From Myxococcota bacterium (GTDB lineage Bacteria > Myxococcota_A > Polyangia > Nannocystales > Nannocystaceae), in the NCBI GenBank assembly GCA_039028615.1, contig JBCCHT010000003.1, forward strand, positions 128,001 through 192,000: a DNA stretch of 64,000 bases, read 5' to 3'. Position numbers and translations under genes: made by a program. Within the stretch, counting starts at the first letter, position 1; each line of letters begins with the position of its first letter. Under the pieces are notes generated by a model. It had not been told where the DNA came from, did not search any database, and worked only from the letters and a program-made list of their open reading frames with translations. Shown here one piece after another: positions 10,057-19,967 of this stretch.

Positions 10057-11811
10057 ATGTCGGACGTCGCGGTAGACCTCGGAATTCAACGGGCACTCGT
10101 GCCTGTTTCCGAGCGCCCGCGGTCGGTGGCGCTGTATCGGATCCCGGTGACGCTGATGTTGCTGGGCCTGTTCATGATGGCCCTGCAAGCGGGGCAGCCC
10201 CTGCTCGGCCTGGCGATGCTGATGACGGCGGCCACCACCACGCTGGGGTGCGCGCGCTGGAACCACGCTCGCCAGGGCTCGGTGGCGCTGTCGTTGCGGG
10301 ACCAGGCCGATCGCAAGCTGGTGAGCGGTCGCTACGGCGAGGCTCGGGCGCTGTACGAGCGGGCACTGGCGCTGAGCGAGCGCGAGCTGCCGCCGGCCGC
10401 CCCCGAGCTGCTGCTCAACTACTACAGCCTCGCCGCGGTCAACTCGATGCTGCACGACAATGCTCGGGCGGGCCGCTACCTCGAGGAGCTGCTGTCGGGG
10501 CTGGGCGATCGGGTGCCGCGGCCGTGGTCGGGTCACGTCGCGTGGCTCATGCGGAGGGTCGCGCACCACCATTCGCTGCGCGGGCATCACGTCGAGGCGG
10601 AGCGCCTGTGCCGACGGGCGCTCGAGCTGGTCGGCGATGCGCCCGGGGCCGATGACAACTCGGTGCGCAGCCTGGTCGACGACCTGGCCTGGGTGATGCA
10701 CCACGGCGGCAACTACGTCGAAGCGGAGCGGCTGTTCCGCGAGGCGCTCAGCATCCACGAGCAGTTCCGCGACGTGGCGCTCGAGCTGGCTCAGCGACCG
10801 CGGCCGGGGGCCAAGCCGGGGCGCTCGCCCTACCGCGAGCCGGGCCCGGCCACCGCTTCCACCACCGGAGGTCTCGATCGCGCGGTGGCCTTCAGCCTGC
10901 TCGGCCTCGGCTGGACGCGCTACGAGCGAGGCGACTACGGCGAGGCCCAGCGCTGCTTCGAGCGGGCGCGGCTCATCGCCAAGCGGCTCTCCAACGGGAC
11001 CCGAGGCGAGGCCAAGGGCAACGGCGGGCTGTGGCTCGAGGTCCTGCGGGCCGTGGCCGCGGTGGCGGTGACCCGCGGCGAGTACGACGAGGCCGAAGCG
11101 CGCTACGAGCAGGCCCGCCACTTCAACGCGACCGACGAAGGATCGATCCCAGACGCCGCGCTGCTGGTGGACATGAGCTGGCTGGCCCGGTGTCGCGAGC
11201 GCTGGGACGAGGCCGAGGCCATGGCCCGCCAGGCGCAGAGCAAGGTCGACGAGTCGAGCGAAGAGATGGCGACCATCGCCACCGCGCTGCACGAGAGCAT
11301 GGCCGAGCTGCGGCGTCGGCAAGGTCGGGCCCGCGAAGGGCAGCGGCACATCGGCACCGCCCAAGAGCTGGCGTCGCGTTGCCTGGGCGTGGAGCACCCG
11401 CGCATGGCCAGCATCCTGGCGGTGGCGGCTCGTCTGCACGTGCAGCGCTCCGAGCATCCCGAAGCCGAGCGATGCGCTCGCCGGAGCCTGGCGCTGCTCG
11501 AGTCGGGCGTGGGCGCCGAGCACCCGCGCAGCGCCGAGGCCTACCTGGGGCTGGGCGAGGTGCAGCTGGCGCGAGGGCAATGGACGCAGGCCGAGCACAG
11601 CCTGGGCCTCGCGCTGCGGCGACGCGAGCGGGCGCTCGGAGTCGAGCACCCCGAGCTCGTGGATATCCTCGAAGCCCAGCAAACGTTGCTACGGAGCATG
11701 GGTCGCGAGGACGAAGCTCGCCCCGTCGCCGACCGGCTGGCCCGTCTCCGCGCCTGCAGCGAGCCGCCAGCGCGGACCGCTGGCGGTGATAGCATCCCCG
11801 CCCAGCCATGA
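10057..11811 (+). CDS. Membrane-anchored tetratricopeptide repeat protein
   Basis: Two N-terminal hydrophobic segments; kinesin-light-chain-type TPRs (EA..LY.RAL, LG.EHP). Confidence 0.8.
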   Translation: MSDVAVDLGIQRALVPVSERPRSVALYRIPVTLMLLGLFMMALQAGQPLLGLAMLMTAATTTLGCARWNHARQGSVALSLRDQADRKLVSGRYGEARALYERALALSERELPPAAPELLLNYYSLAAVNSMLHDNARAGRYLEELLSGLGDRVPRPWSGHVAWLMRRVAHHHSLRGHHVEAERLCRRALELVGDAPGADDNSVRSLVDDLAWVMHHGGNYVEAERLFREALSIHEQFRDVALELAQRPRPGAKPGRSPYREPGPATASTTGGLDRAVAFSLLGLGWTRYERGDYGEAQRCFERARLIAKRLSNGTRGEAKGNGGLWLEVLRAVAAVAVTRGEYDEAEARYEQARHFNATDEGSIPDAALLVDMSWLARCRERWDEAEAMARQAQSKVDESSEEMATIATALHESMAELRRRQGRAREGQRHIGTAQELASRCLGVEHPRMASILAVAARLHVQRSEHPEAERCARRSLALLESGVGAEHPRSAEAYLGLGEVQLARGQWTQAEHSLGLALRRRERALGVEHPELVDILEAQQTLLRSMGREDEARPVADRLARLRACSEPPARTAGGDSIPAQP

Positions 11812-12995
11812 GCGTGATCGAATCCCAACCACGGGGCCACCGACGTCGATGGCCCCCGGCGACCGCGTTTGCGGCATGTCTGGTCCTGCTCGGCCTCGGT
11901 GGCCCGGGATGTTCGAAGCAGGACGAGCCGAAGCCTTCCGAGGCATCGTCCGCTTCGAGTCCGGCAGCCAAGCCCGAGGCCCCGCCGCCCGCTCCCCCCG
12001 TACGGGAGCCCTCGCTGCTCGACGGCATCATCGATCGTGCCATCGAGTCCCCGCCCGACGGTGGTAGCACCTACCGCGTCGATGCCTACGTGGGCGCCAT
12101 CGTCACCGAGCAGCTCCGCGGCAGCCCGCTGCCCTTCACCGCCTGGCGCAACGACACCGGAGACACGGCGCAGCCCGAGGCCGGCTACCGGGTGGGCCCG
12201 CTGCAAGCCGACGACCTGTGGACGCGCCTGGGCCTGAAGGAAGGCGACATCATCCACGAGCTCAACGGGGTGTCGACCAGCGACGAGGACTGGATCGCCC
12301 AGGCCATGGATCGCGGCGAGAACCGGGTCACGGTCAGCATCTTCCGCGACGACGTCACCTCCGTGCTCAGCTATCGGCTGATGGGAGGCATGGCCTGGGA
12401 GGGTCTGCGGCTCTCCTTGGCCCCGCCCGCCCAGATGGTGCTGGCCGAGACGCCCGAGCCGGAGCCCGAACCCGAGCCGGAGCCCGAGGTCGCCGAGCCC
12501 ACCACGCCGCCCCGCGGCAGCGGTAGCGGCGGTCGCTTGCCTCGTCGTCCGCCCGCTCCGCCCAAACCGTCGAACTCGGGGGGCTCGAGCAGCTCGGGCG
12601 GCTCGACGCCGCCGAGCTCGGGCAGCGGGTCCCGATACCCCCGGGGCACCAAGATCGTCGCCAACTGCACCAGCGACACCCGCTGCACCCTGAAGAAGGC
12701 CTACTTCGACAGCGTCGTGCGCAACCCGTCGAAGCTGCAGTCGCAGGCCAAGATCGTGCCCGCCATTCGCAACAACGTGCATAGCGGGTACAAGCTCAAC
12801 AACGTCAAGCCCGGCAGCGCGATCGACCAGCTCGAGTTCAAGTCGGGCGACAAGATCACCCACGTCAATGGCCGCGACCTCACCAACGACTTCGAGGCCA
12901 TGCAGGTCTACATGAGCTTGTCCAGCACCCGGCGGTTCAAGGTCCGCTATGTGCGTGGCGGCTCCGCCCGCACCAAGACGATCGACATCGTCTAA
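11808..12995 (+). CDS. GspC-like protein with two PDZ-like domains and a Pro/Ser-rich linker
   Basis: LGLKEGDIIHELNG and GYKLNNVKPGSAIDQLEFKSGDKITHVNG; lipobox-like GPGC. Confidence 0.7.
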   Translation: MSVIESQPRGHRRRWPPATAFAACLVLLGLGGPGCSKQDEPKPSEASSASSPAAKPEAPPPAPPVREPSLLDGIIDRAIESPPDGGSTYRVDAYVGAIVTEQLRGSPLPFTAWRNDTGDTAQPEAGYRVGPLQADDLWTRLGLKEGDIIHELNGVSTSDEDWIAQAMDRGENRVTVSIFRDDVTSVLSYRLMGGMAWEGLRLSLAPPAQMVLAETPEPEPEPEPEPEVAEPTTPPRGSGSGGRLPRRPPAPPKPSNSGGSSSSGGSTPPSSGSGSRYPRGTKIVANCTSDTRCTLKKAYFDSVVRNPSKLQSQAKIVPAIRNNVHSGYKLNNVKPGSAIDQLEFKSGDKITHVNGRDLTNDFEAMQVYMSLSSTRRFKVRYVRGGSARTKTIDIV

Positions 12996-14281
12996 TGGCA
13001 CGCCGTCGACGCCCCAAAAAGCGCGGTCGCCTGCGCGTTTTGTTTCGCGTGGTGCTCGTGCTGGCGGTCATCTCCGCCGTGCTCGGGGGCATCGGTGCCG
13101 GGGTGTTGGCCTTGGTCGGGATGCCGACCTACGAGGCGCCCTCGGTCAGCTTCGAGCTGCAGACCAGCCCCGAGCACGTCGCCCGCGGCAAGCGTCTGGT
13201 GAGCATGCTGTGCAATCGGTGCCACTTCGACGGCAAGACCGACACGCTCAGCGGGCGCTCGCTCGACGACATCACCTCGCGGCTCGGGGACCTGCGCGCG
13301 CCCAACATCACCCGCGACCCGGAGTTCGGAATCGGCTCGTGGACGCCGGGCGAGCTGGCCCTGCTGCTGCGGACGGGGCTGCACCCGAAGACCGAGCTGC
13401 TCATCATGCCGCCGGTCATGCCGCGCTGGCCCAAGCTCGCCGACGACGATCTCATGGCGATCGTGGCGTTCTTGTACTCGGACGATCCCTGGGTCGCGCC
13501 CACGCAGTCGGAGCCCGAGGCCACCGACTATTCGCTGCTGGCGACCCTGCGCTCCTGGGTCACCTGGTCGCCGCTGTCGTACCCGCGCACGCCGATCGAG
13601 GCGCCGTCGCGCGACGGGCTCGAGAAGTACGGGGCCTACCTGGTCGACGACGTCTTCCACTGCGCCATGTGCCACACCGACGACTGGACGGGTCAGACCG
13701 GACCGGAGCTGCGCTCGCTGTCGAGCTACATGGAAGGCGACGTCATCTTCCTCGACGTCAACGAGGTGATCCTCCGCTCGGCCAACCTCACCCCGCACGA
13801 GACGGGCCTCGCGGGATGGACGGGCGATGCGATGCACAGGGCCTTGGTCGAGGGCTTCGACCCCGACGGCAACCTCGTGCGCTGGCCGATGCCGCGCTAC
13901 CCCGGGCTGTCTCGCTCGGACTCGGAGGCGATCTTCGCGTACCTCCAGACGGTGACCCCGGTCGAAAACGAGTGGGACCCGAGCCCGCCGTACCGCATCA
14001 TCGGGCGCAAGGCGGCCCCGGGGCGGCACCTATACATGACAAACGGGTGCCACTACTGCCACGGTGACCGCGAGAAGGGGCACGAGGGCCTGGCCGATCT
14101 ACGGGGCATCCCCGAGGAGCGGGCCACGGTCGAGGCGTGCACCGCCTTCGTCAAGAATCCCCGCGCGGCGGATCCATTTCATCCGATGCCCGCGTGGGAA
14201 GGGGTGATCGCCGAAGACGAGTACCCGGACCTGTGCGAGTACGTGCTGTCGCTGGGAAAACGCGCACCGATCGGCAAGTAA
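12995..14281 (+). CDS. Membrane-anchored triheme cytochrome c
   Basis: Three CXXCH motifs (CNRCH, CAMCH, CHYCH); APNIT.D...GIGSWT and ANLTP motifs; N-terminal TM. Confidence 0.88.
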   Translation: MARRRRPKKRGRLRVLFRVVLVLAVISAVLGGIGAGVLALVGMPTYEAPSVSFELQTSPEHVARGKRLVSMLCNRCHFDGKTDTLSGRSLDDITSRLGDLRAPNITRDPEFGIGSWTPGELALLLRTGLHPKTELLIMPPVMPRWPKLADDDLMAIVAFLYSDDPWVAPTQSEPEATDYSLLATLRSWVTWSPLSYPRTPIEAPSRDGLEKYGAYLVDDVFHCAMCHTDDWTGQTGPELRSLSSYMEGDVIFLDVNEVILRSANLTPHETGLAGWTGDAMHRALVEGFDPDGNLVRWPMPRYPGLSRSDSEAIFAYLQTVTPVENEWDPSPPYRIIGRKAAPGRHLYMTNGCHYCHGDREKGHEGLADLRGIPEERATVEACTAFVKNPRAADPFHPMPAWEGVIAEDEYPDLCEYVLSLGKRAPIGK

Positions 14282-14527
14282 ACCCGCGGGGTGGCTCGTC
14301 TACCGGGCAAGAGTTGTTGCCACGACCACCGCGGCGATCGGCCGCCCATCGGCGACGTTCAATAACGAGAAGAGGCATCCACGGGGGTGTACGCGGCCGA
14401 TCCTGCCGATCGGCGAAGTTGGCCGTCGGGCGATCGCTCGACGCGCGCACCGATTTCGATCGATCGTCTAAGTGTTTGAAATGACGTAGCCTTCGGTTTC
14501 GGTACCTCGCATGCACATTACGCAGGC

Positions 14528-15211
14528 ATGCTCGCCACCAGCCCCCGAACGCGCGTGAGTGACAAGGCCTCCGATATCTCCGATTTTCAGCTGCTCGAGC
14601 AGTGGCGCGGAGGCGATCAACGCTCGGGGGCGATGCTCGTGTCGCGGTACATGGCCGTGCTGAGCCGGTTCTTCCGCAACAAGCTGCGCAACCCCGACGA
14701 TGCCAACGACCTGGTGAGCGAGACGATGCTCGCCTGCACCAAGGCCCGCGACATCATCGAAGAGGTCGACTTCCGCCGCTACGTGTTCGGGGTGGCCTTC
14801 AACCAGCTTCGCAAGCACTACCGCCGTGGGGTGAAGCGGGGCCGCGAGCACGACGACTTTTCCGACATCTGCGTGGGAGAGCGGGACAACCCCGCCTCGC
14901 CGGTCACCCTGATGGCTCGCCGCGGCGAGACCCGGCTGCTCGTGCGGGCCCTCCGTCGGATCCCGCTCAACCAGCAGCTCGTGCTGGAGATGTCCTTCTT
15001 CGAGGGCATGAGCGCCCCCGATATTTCGGAGATCATCGATATTCCGACGTCCACCGTCTACACCTGGCAGCGGCGCGGCAAGCTCCGCCTGGCCGAGGTG
15101 ATGCGAGAGCTGGCCGACGATCCGGCGCAGTACGAGTCCACGATGTCCGATCTCGAGTCCTGGGCCGCCCAGGTTCGCGCCCACTACTCGCGACCGGCCG
15201 CTTCCGCATAG
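14528..15211 (+). CDS. ECF sigma-70 factor (myxobacterial type)
   Basis: D..LLEQWRGGD, RFFRNK, DLVSETMLAC, ALRRIPL..QLVLE region 4 HTH. Confidence 0.88.
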   Translation: MLATSPRTRVSDKASDISDFQLLEQWRGGDQRSGAMLVSRYMAVLSRFFRNKLRNPDDANDLVSETMLACTKARDIIEEVDFRRYVFGVAFNQLRKHYRRGVKRGREHDDFSDICVGERDNPASPVTLMARRGETRLLVRALRRIPLNQQLVLEMSFFEGMSAPDISEIIDIPTSTVYTWQRRGKLRLAEVMRELADDPAQYESTMSDLESWAAQVRAHYSRPAASA

Positions 15212-15221
15212 ACTCCACCTG

Positions 15222-18140
15222 ATGGTGGACGAGCGGACGCCGGCCGGAGTCTCGACGTTGCCGGGCTCGGAAGAGCCCCTGGCCGCACCCGAGGGCGTGG
15301 GCCTGTCCACCCTCGATCACGACGCCGCCCTGGCCAAGGTGCTCGGGGGGATGTTCGACGCGGACGTCGTGGCCGAGATGGTCATGCCCGGCGTCGGGCG
15401 CTTCGAGATTTCTCGGCGCATCGGATCGGGGGGGATGGGCAGCGTCTACGAGGCTCGCGATCCCGAGCTCGATCGTCGCGTGGCGATCAAGGTGCTGCAC
15501 GCCGACGCGGGCGCGCCCGACCGCTTGGTGGAGGAGGGCAAGGCCATGGCCCGCCTCAACCACCCGAACGTCGTCACCGTGCACGAGGTGGGGCGCTCCG
15601 ACGGCCGCATCTTCGTGGTCATGGAGCTGGTGGAGGGAGACACCCTCCGCCGCTGGCAGCAGGCGCGCGAGCGCTCGTGGGGCGAGCTCGTCGAGATGTA
15701 CCAGGACGTCGGGCGCGGCATCGCGGCCGCGCACCAAAGCGGGCTGGTGCACTGCGACCTCAAGCCCGACAACGTGCTGGTGGGCGACGACGGGCGCCCG
15801 CGGGTCACCGACTTTGGTATCGCTCGGCTGCATCGCCCTGAGCTGCGGGTCACCGACGACGGGTTCGACGAGGACGAGGCGGTCGGCAAGAACCAGACGC
15901 GGCTGGCGGGGACGCCCCGGTACATGTCGCCCGAGCAGTACTCCGGGGGGGTCATCGATCATCGCGCCGACCAGTTCGGCTACTGCGTGATGCTCTGGGA
16001 GGCGCTGTACGGCAGCTCGCCCTTCGCGGCGACGAGCGTGGCCGCCCTGGCCATCGCGATCACCCACGGGGACATCGAGGCGCCGCCCTCTGGGAGCGCG
16101 GTGCCGCCCTGGCTGCGGCGGATCTGCGAGCGCGGCTTGTCCCCGGACCCGGCCGAGCGCTGGCCGGACATGCCCGCCCTGCTCGAGGCGCTGGCCGCTG
16201 GCCGGGGCCGCGCTCGACGACGACGCATCGGCTGGGGGCTGGCGGCGGCGGGGTTGCTCGGGGCCGCGGGCTACGGCGCGCACCAGCTGCGCCAGTCGCA
16301 GATCGAGCAGGGCTGCGAGAGCGAAGGGGCGGCCATCGAAGAGATCTGGGGCGCCGAGCGGGCGGCCGAGGTTCGAGCCGCGATGGTGGAGGTCGGCGGC
16401 GAGCCGGCGAAGAGCACCGTCGATCGCGTGGAGCGGTGGCTCGACGAGCGGTCGGGGCAGTGGCGCGAGGTGGCCACCGAGACCTGCCTGGCGCGCGAGC
16501 TGAACCCCTCGACCGACACCGATACGCCGGAGCGCATCGCGTGGTGCCTGGCCGATCGCAAGGCCGAGCTCGAGATGACCGTCGAGCTGCTGCGCGAGCC
16601 CACGCGCTCGCTCATCGAGCACGCGGTGATCCTCGCCAGTCAGCCCTTCGACATCGAGGGGTGCACCGACGAGGCGGCTCTGTCTCGCATCGAGCTGCCG
16701 CCGCCAGACCAGCGGGAACGAGTCCGCGAGATCCACCGCGAGCTGATGCGGTCGGAGTCCACCGAGGCGGCGGGAGACCGAGCCGCGGCCGAGGCCATCG
16801 CGGCTCAGGCCCTCGAGGACGCGGAGGAACTCGGGTGGCCGCGGCTCGAGGGCAGGGCGCGCGGGACCTTGGCGTCGACCCTCGTGCAATCGGGACGCAC
16901 GGACGAGGCCCGAGCGGTGACATCGGAGGCGTACTTCTCGGCCGTTACGCAGGGCGACTTGCGGACGGCCAAGTACGCGGCCGAGCGCATGATCTACATC
17001 GAGGGCGAGCTGCGCGGAGAGCTCGAGCCGGCGCAGCTGTGGGCGCGGCTCGCCGACGTGTTGATCGAGCAGCTCGGTGAGCGGGGGACGGTGGGGGAGG
17101 TCTATCGGCTCGTTCGCTTGGCCGAGGCGCTGCGCTTCAAGGGACGTCGGGACGAGGCGCAGCCGCTCATCGAGCGCGCCCTGGAGATCACCGCCAATAC
17201 CCTGGGCACCGAGCATCCCCGCTACGTCTTCGTGCTCGGGGCGCTGTCCACCAACTTGCGCGAGCGAGGCCAGGTCGACGAGGCGCTCGTTCACCTGAAG
17301 CACGAGATCGAGATCAAGGAGCGGGTCTTCGGCCCCGACAGCCAGCAGCTGGCCACCTCGCTGCTGGGCCTCGGCGCCGCCCACAGCCAAGCGGGACGCA
17401 ACGCCGAGGCCAAGGAAGCCCTCCAGCACGCCCACGAGATCTTCCTGCGCACGGTCGGGCCACAGAGTGGTCGCGTCGCGTCGGTCTTGCTGAACCTGGC
17501 CGGAGCCGAGCAGGCGCTGGGCAACGAAGACGAGGCCATCGAGCTCCTTCGCAAGGCGCTGGCCGGGTTCGAGCGGGTGCTCGGGCCGCGTCACATGCGG
17601 GTGGGCATCGCGCTGAACAACCTGGGCAACGCGCTCAAGGACGCCGGGCGTCACACGGAAGCGCGGGATGCCTTGCTGCGGGCGCTCGAGATCTTCGAGA
17701 CCGAGCTGGAGTCCGACTATCCCCATGTGGCGTTCGTGGCCAACAACCTGGGGGAGCTGGAGTCCGTACTCGGCAACAAGAAGACGGCGGAGAAGTATCT
17801 CCAGCGCTCGTTGGCCATTCGTGAGCGCGAGCTGGGACCGGAGCACGTCCGCTGCCTCAATCCTCTGGTCGCGCTGGGCAACATCCGCCTCCATCAGGGA
17901 GACATCGAGGGGGCGCGGGCCTTCGCGGAGCGAGCCGACACGATTGCCCATGAAAGCCCGCCCTCTCACCGCATGCTGGCGACGATGCTCATGGCCAACG
18001 TGGTTGGGCTCGAGGACCCGGAGCGAGCGCGGGCACTGGTGCTGGCCCTGCGCGAAGAGTCGGTGAATGCGGGCGCCGACGGCACGGTCGCGGTCGAATA
18101 CGCCGATAACTGGCTGGCGGATCACCCCGCGCCGAAGTGA
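15222..18140 (+). CDS. Ser/Thr protein kinase with TM and TPR region
   Basis: GSGGMGSV, VAIK, HCDLKPDN, DFG, GTPRYMSPEQ, DQF; C-terminal TPRs. Confidence 0.93.
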   Translation: MVDERTPAGVSTLPGSEEPLAAPEGVGLSTLDHDAALAKVLGGMFDADVVAEMVMPGVGRFEISRRIGSGGMGSVYEARDPELDRRVAIKVLHADAGAPDRLVEEGKAMARLNHPNVVTVHEVGRSDGRIFVVMELVEGDTLRRWQQARERSWGELVEMYQDVGRGIAAAHQSGLVHCDLKPDNVLVGDDGRPRVTDFGIARLHRPELRVTDDGFDEDEAVGKNQTRLAGTPRYMSPEQYSGGVIDHRADQFGYCVMLWEALYGSSPFAATSVAALAIAITHGDIEAPPSGSAVPPWLRRICERGLSPDPAERWPDMPALLEALAAGRGRARRRRIGWGLAAAGLLGAAGYGAHQLRQSQIEQGCESEGAAIEEIWGAERAAEVRAAMVEVGGEPAKSTVDRVERWLDERSGQWREVATETCLARELNPSTDTDTPERIAWCLADRKAELEMTVELLREPTRSLIEHAVILASQPFDIEGCTDEAALSRIELPPPDQRERVREIHRELMRSESTEAAGDRAAAEAIAAQALEDAEELGWPRLEGRARGTLASTLVQSGRTDEARAVTSEAYFSAVTQGDLRTAKYAAERMIYIEGELRGELEPAQLWARLADVLIEQLGERGTVGEVYRLVRLAEALRFKGRRDEAQPLIERALEITANTLGTEHPRYVFVLGALSTNLRERGQVDEALVHLKHEIEIKERVFGPDSQQLATSLLGLGAAHSQAGRNAEAKEALQHAHEIFLRTVGPQSGRVASVLLNLAGAEQALGNEDEAIELLRKALAGFERVLGPRHMRVGIALNNLGNALKDAGRHTEARDALLRALEIFETELESDYPHVAFVANNLGELESVLGNKKTAEKYLQRSLAIRERELGPEHVRCLNPLVALGNIRLHQGDIEGARAFAERADTIAHESPPSHRMLATMLMANVVGLEDPERARALVLALREESVNAGADGTVAVEYADNWLADHPAPK

Positions 18141-18144
18141 CGCT

Positions 18145-19104
18145 TCAGGGGACCCAGGGGTCGCTGGGGTGCGCGGCGCGGTGCTCCGAGCGACCGGCCT
18201 CGATCGCCTCGAGTCGCGCCTGCAGGCCAGGGAAGCGGGCTCGAATGTGCTCGGCCTGGCGAGTCAGCCCCTCGGCGTCACCGCGGGCGGCGAGTAGCTC
18301 GGCTCGCAGGAGGGCGGCCTCGGGCTCGAGGGACGACCCCAGCCGCTCGAGCACGTCGAGGTCGAGCGTGCTCAGCAAGGCTCGCCGATCGCCGAGGTGA
18401 CGAAGCAGCACGTGATAACGCAGCGGATCGTCGCGGCGCAGAGAGGGCGGGCTCGGGTCCGCGGGCGGTAGCGCGGTCCAGCGGCCCCAGGTCCGCACCT
18501 GATCGAGCTCGGGCTTCAGCGCGGCGAGCTGGGCTTGCTGTGGTGGGGTGGGGGCGAGCAGCTCGATGGAGACCGGCGGCTCGGCGTCGGTGGGAGCGGC
18601 GATGAGCTGGTCTTCGTCGGCGTAGCGGATGCGCAGCTGGTAGGGACCGGGCGCCAACCCTTCGGGCAGGGCGATCGACGCGTCGAAGAGCAGGCGCCGC
18701 TGCTCGCCCGGGCGCAGGTCGAAACCGAAGAGGCCGAGCTCTTCGTCGACCATGGGGTTTGCAGCGCGGTGCGCGGCCGGCTCGGTCTCGCCGCGGCGGG
18801 TGAGCGTGACCTCGACCCCGGCCAGCGAATCGAGGCCCGGCAAGGGCAGGCCGTTGACGCTCGCGCGCGAGTCCTTGGCCTGTACGGTCAGGCCGACGAG
18901 GAGCGGGAATCCGAGGACGTGGGTGGGGGCGACATCGACCTGCTGCACGCCGACTCCGGTTGGTTGCGAGGGGGCCGAGCCGTTGGAGGCGGCGGGGGGC
19001 GTCGCGGGGGTCGCTGCTCCGCCCCCGTCGGTGGACGCCGCCCCGTGGCTCGAGCACCCCGACAGGGCGAGGGCGAGCATCGTCCCGAGTGTCGCGAGTC
19101 TCAT
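18145..19104 (-). CDS. Hypothetical lipoprotein, paralog of 19101..19961
   Basis: ATG 19104 overlaps the upstream TGA (ATGA); MRLATLGTMLALALSGC lipobox; VLGFP, NGLPLP motifs. Confidence 0.8.
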   Translation of the reverse strand: MRLATLGTMLALALSGCSSHGAASTDGGGAATPATPPAASNGSAPSQPTGVGVQQVDVAPTHVLGFPLLVGLTVQAKDSRASVNGLPLPGLDSLAGVEVTLTRRGETEPAAHRAANPMVDEELGLFGFDLRPGEQRRLLFDASIALPEGLAPGPYQLRIRYADEDQLIAAPTDAEPPVSIELLAPTPPQQAQLAALKPELDQVRTWGRWTALPPADPSPPSLRRDDPLRYHVLLRHLGDRRALLSTLDLDVLERLGSSLEPEAALLRAELLAARGDAEGLTRQAEHIRARFPGLQARLEAIEAGRSEHRAAHPSDPWVP

Positions 19105-19961
19105 GGGGTGGGCCGATTCATGGTGCGAGCGAACTCCAGCTCGCCGCCCGTGGTCTCGAGCTGGGTCATCCACCAGCCGAGCCCCGGGTAGTTGCTGCGC
19201 ACGGCCTGCACCTGGGCGGGTGCGGCGGGGTCGACGAGGGCATCGAGCAGCTCGGCCTTCCACGCCGCCGCGTAGGGGGCGTACAGCGGGTCGGGCGGGT
19301 CGAGCAGCGCGGGATCGAAGTGCTCGGGCGGCACCGGGCCGAACTTCAGCTGCCGCACCGTCTGGAGGTACTGAAGCCCGGCGATGCCGTGGGTCGGAGG
19401 CTGAGTGCGCGGGTCGTCGACGATGCTGGTCCCGAGCGCCGCCGCCCACTTCGACCACGAACCCGCCGGCCGAAGCTCGGGCGCCAGCGTGTTCCACCGT
19501 TGCGACTGGGCCTGGTCGGGCTCGCGGATCTCGAAGGTCGCGCTGCGCTCCTGGGTGCGCATGTCATCGCCATCGTAGTACAGCGACAGCGTGTAGGTGC
19601 CCGCGGGAGCCGAGGCGGGCACGACGTCGGCCAGATCGAGCATGACGTCGCGAGGGTCGTGAGGTCCCAGGCGAAACAGCGGTGAGCCGAGATGGTCGTC
19701 GGCGATGGGGCGGGCGACCCGGCGGACCAGGAGACGGCGCTCGTCGTCGGCCGACTCGAGGGTCAGCCCGATCGCGTCGGCCCAGTCGAAGAGCGTGGGC
19801 AGGGGCAGCTCGTTGATGCGCGCGGCTCGGGGCACGGGCGCCAGCGAGAGCGTGATGTGCATGGGAAAACCCAGCACGTACACGGGCTGGGTGGTGAGCT
19901 CGAGCAGCTCGACGCCGGCTTCGGGCACCACGGGCGGCGGAGACTGGGCCTGGTCGGACAT
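19101..19961 (-). CDS. Hypothetical protein without signal peptide, paralog of 18145..19104
   Basis: VLGFP, NELPLP, GTYTLSLYY, LAPEL...WSKW motifs shared with the downstream gene. Confidence 0.8.
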   Translation of the reverse strand: MSDQAQSPPPVVPEAGVELLELTTQPVYVLGFPMHITLSLAPVPRAARINELPLPTLFDWADAIGLTLESADDERRLLVRRVARPIADDHLGSPLFRLGPHDPRDVMLDLADVVPASAPAGTYTLSLYYDGDDMRTQERSATFEIREPDQAQSQRWNTLAPELRPAGSWSKWAAALGTSIVDDPRTQPPTHGIAGLQYLQTVRQLKFGPVPPEHFDPALLDPPDPLYAPYAAAWKAELLDALVDPAAPAQVQAVRSNYPGLGWWMTQLETTGGELEFARTMNRPTP

Positions 19962-19967
19962 GGTGGC

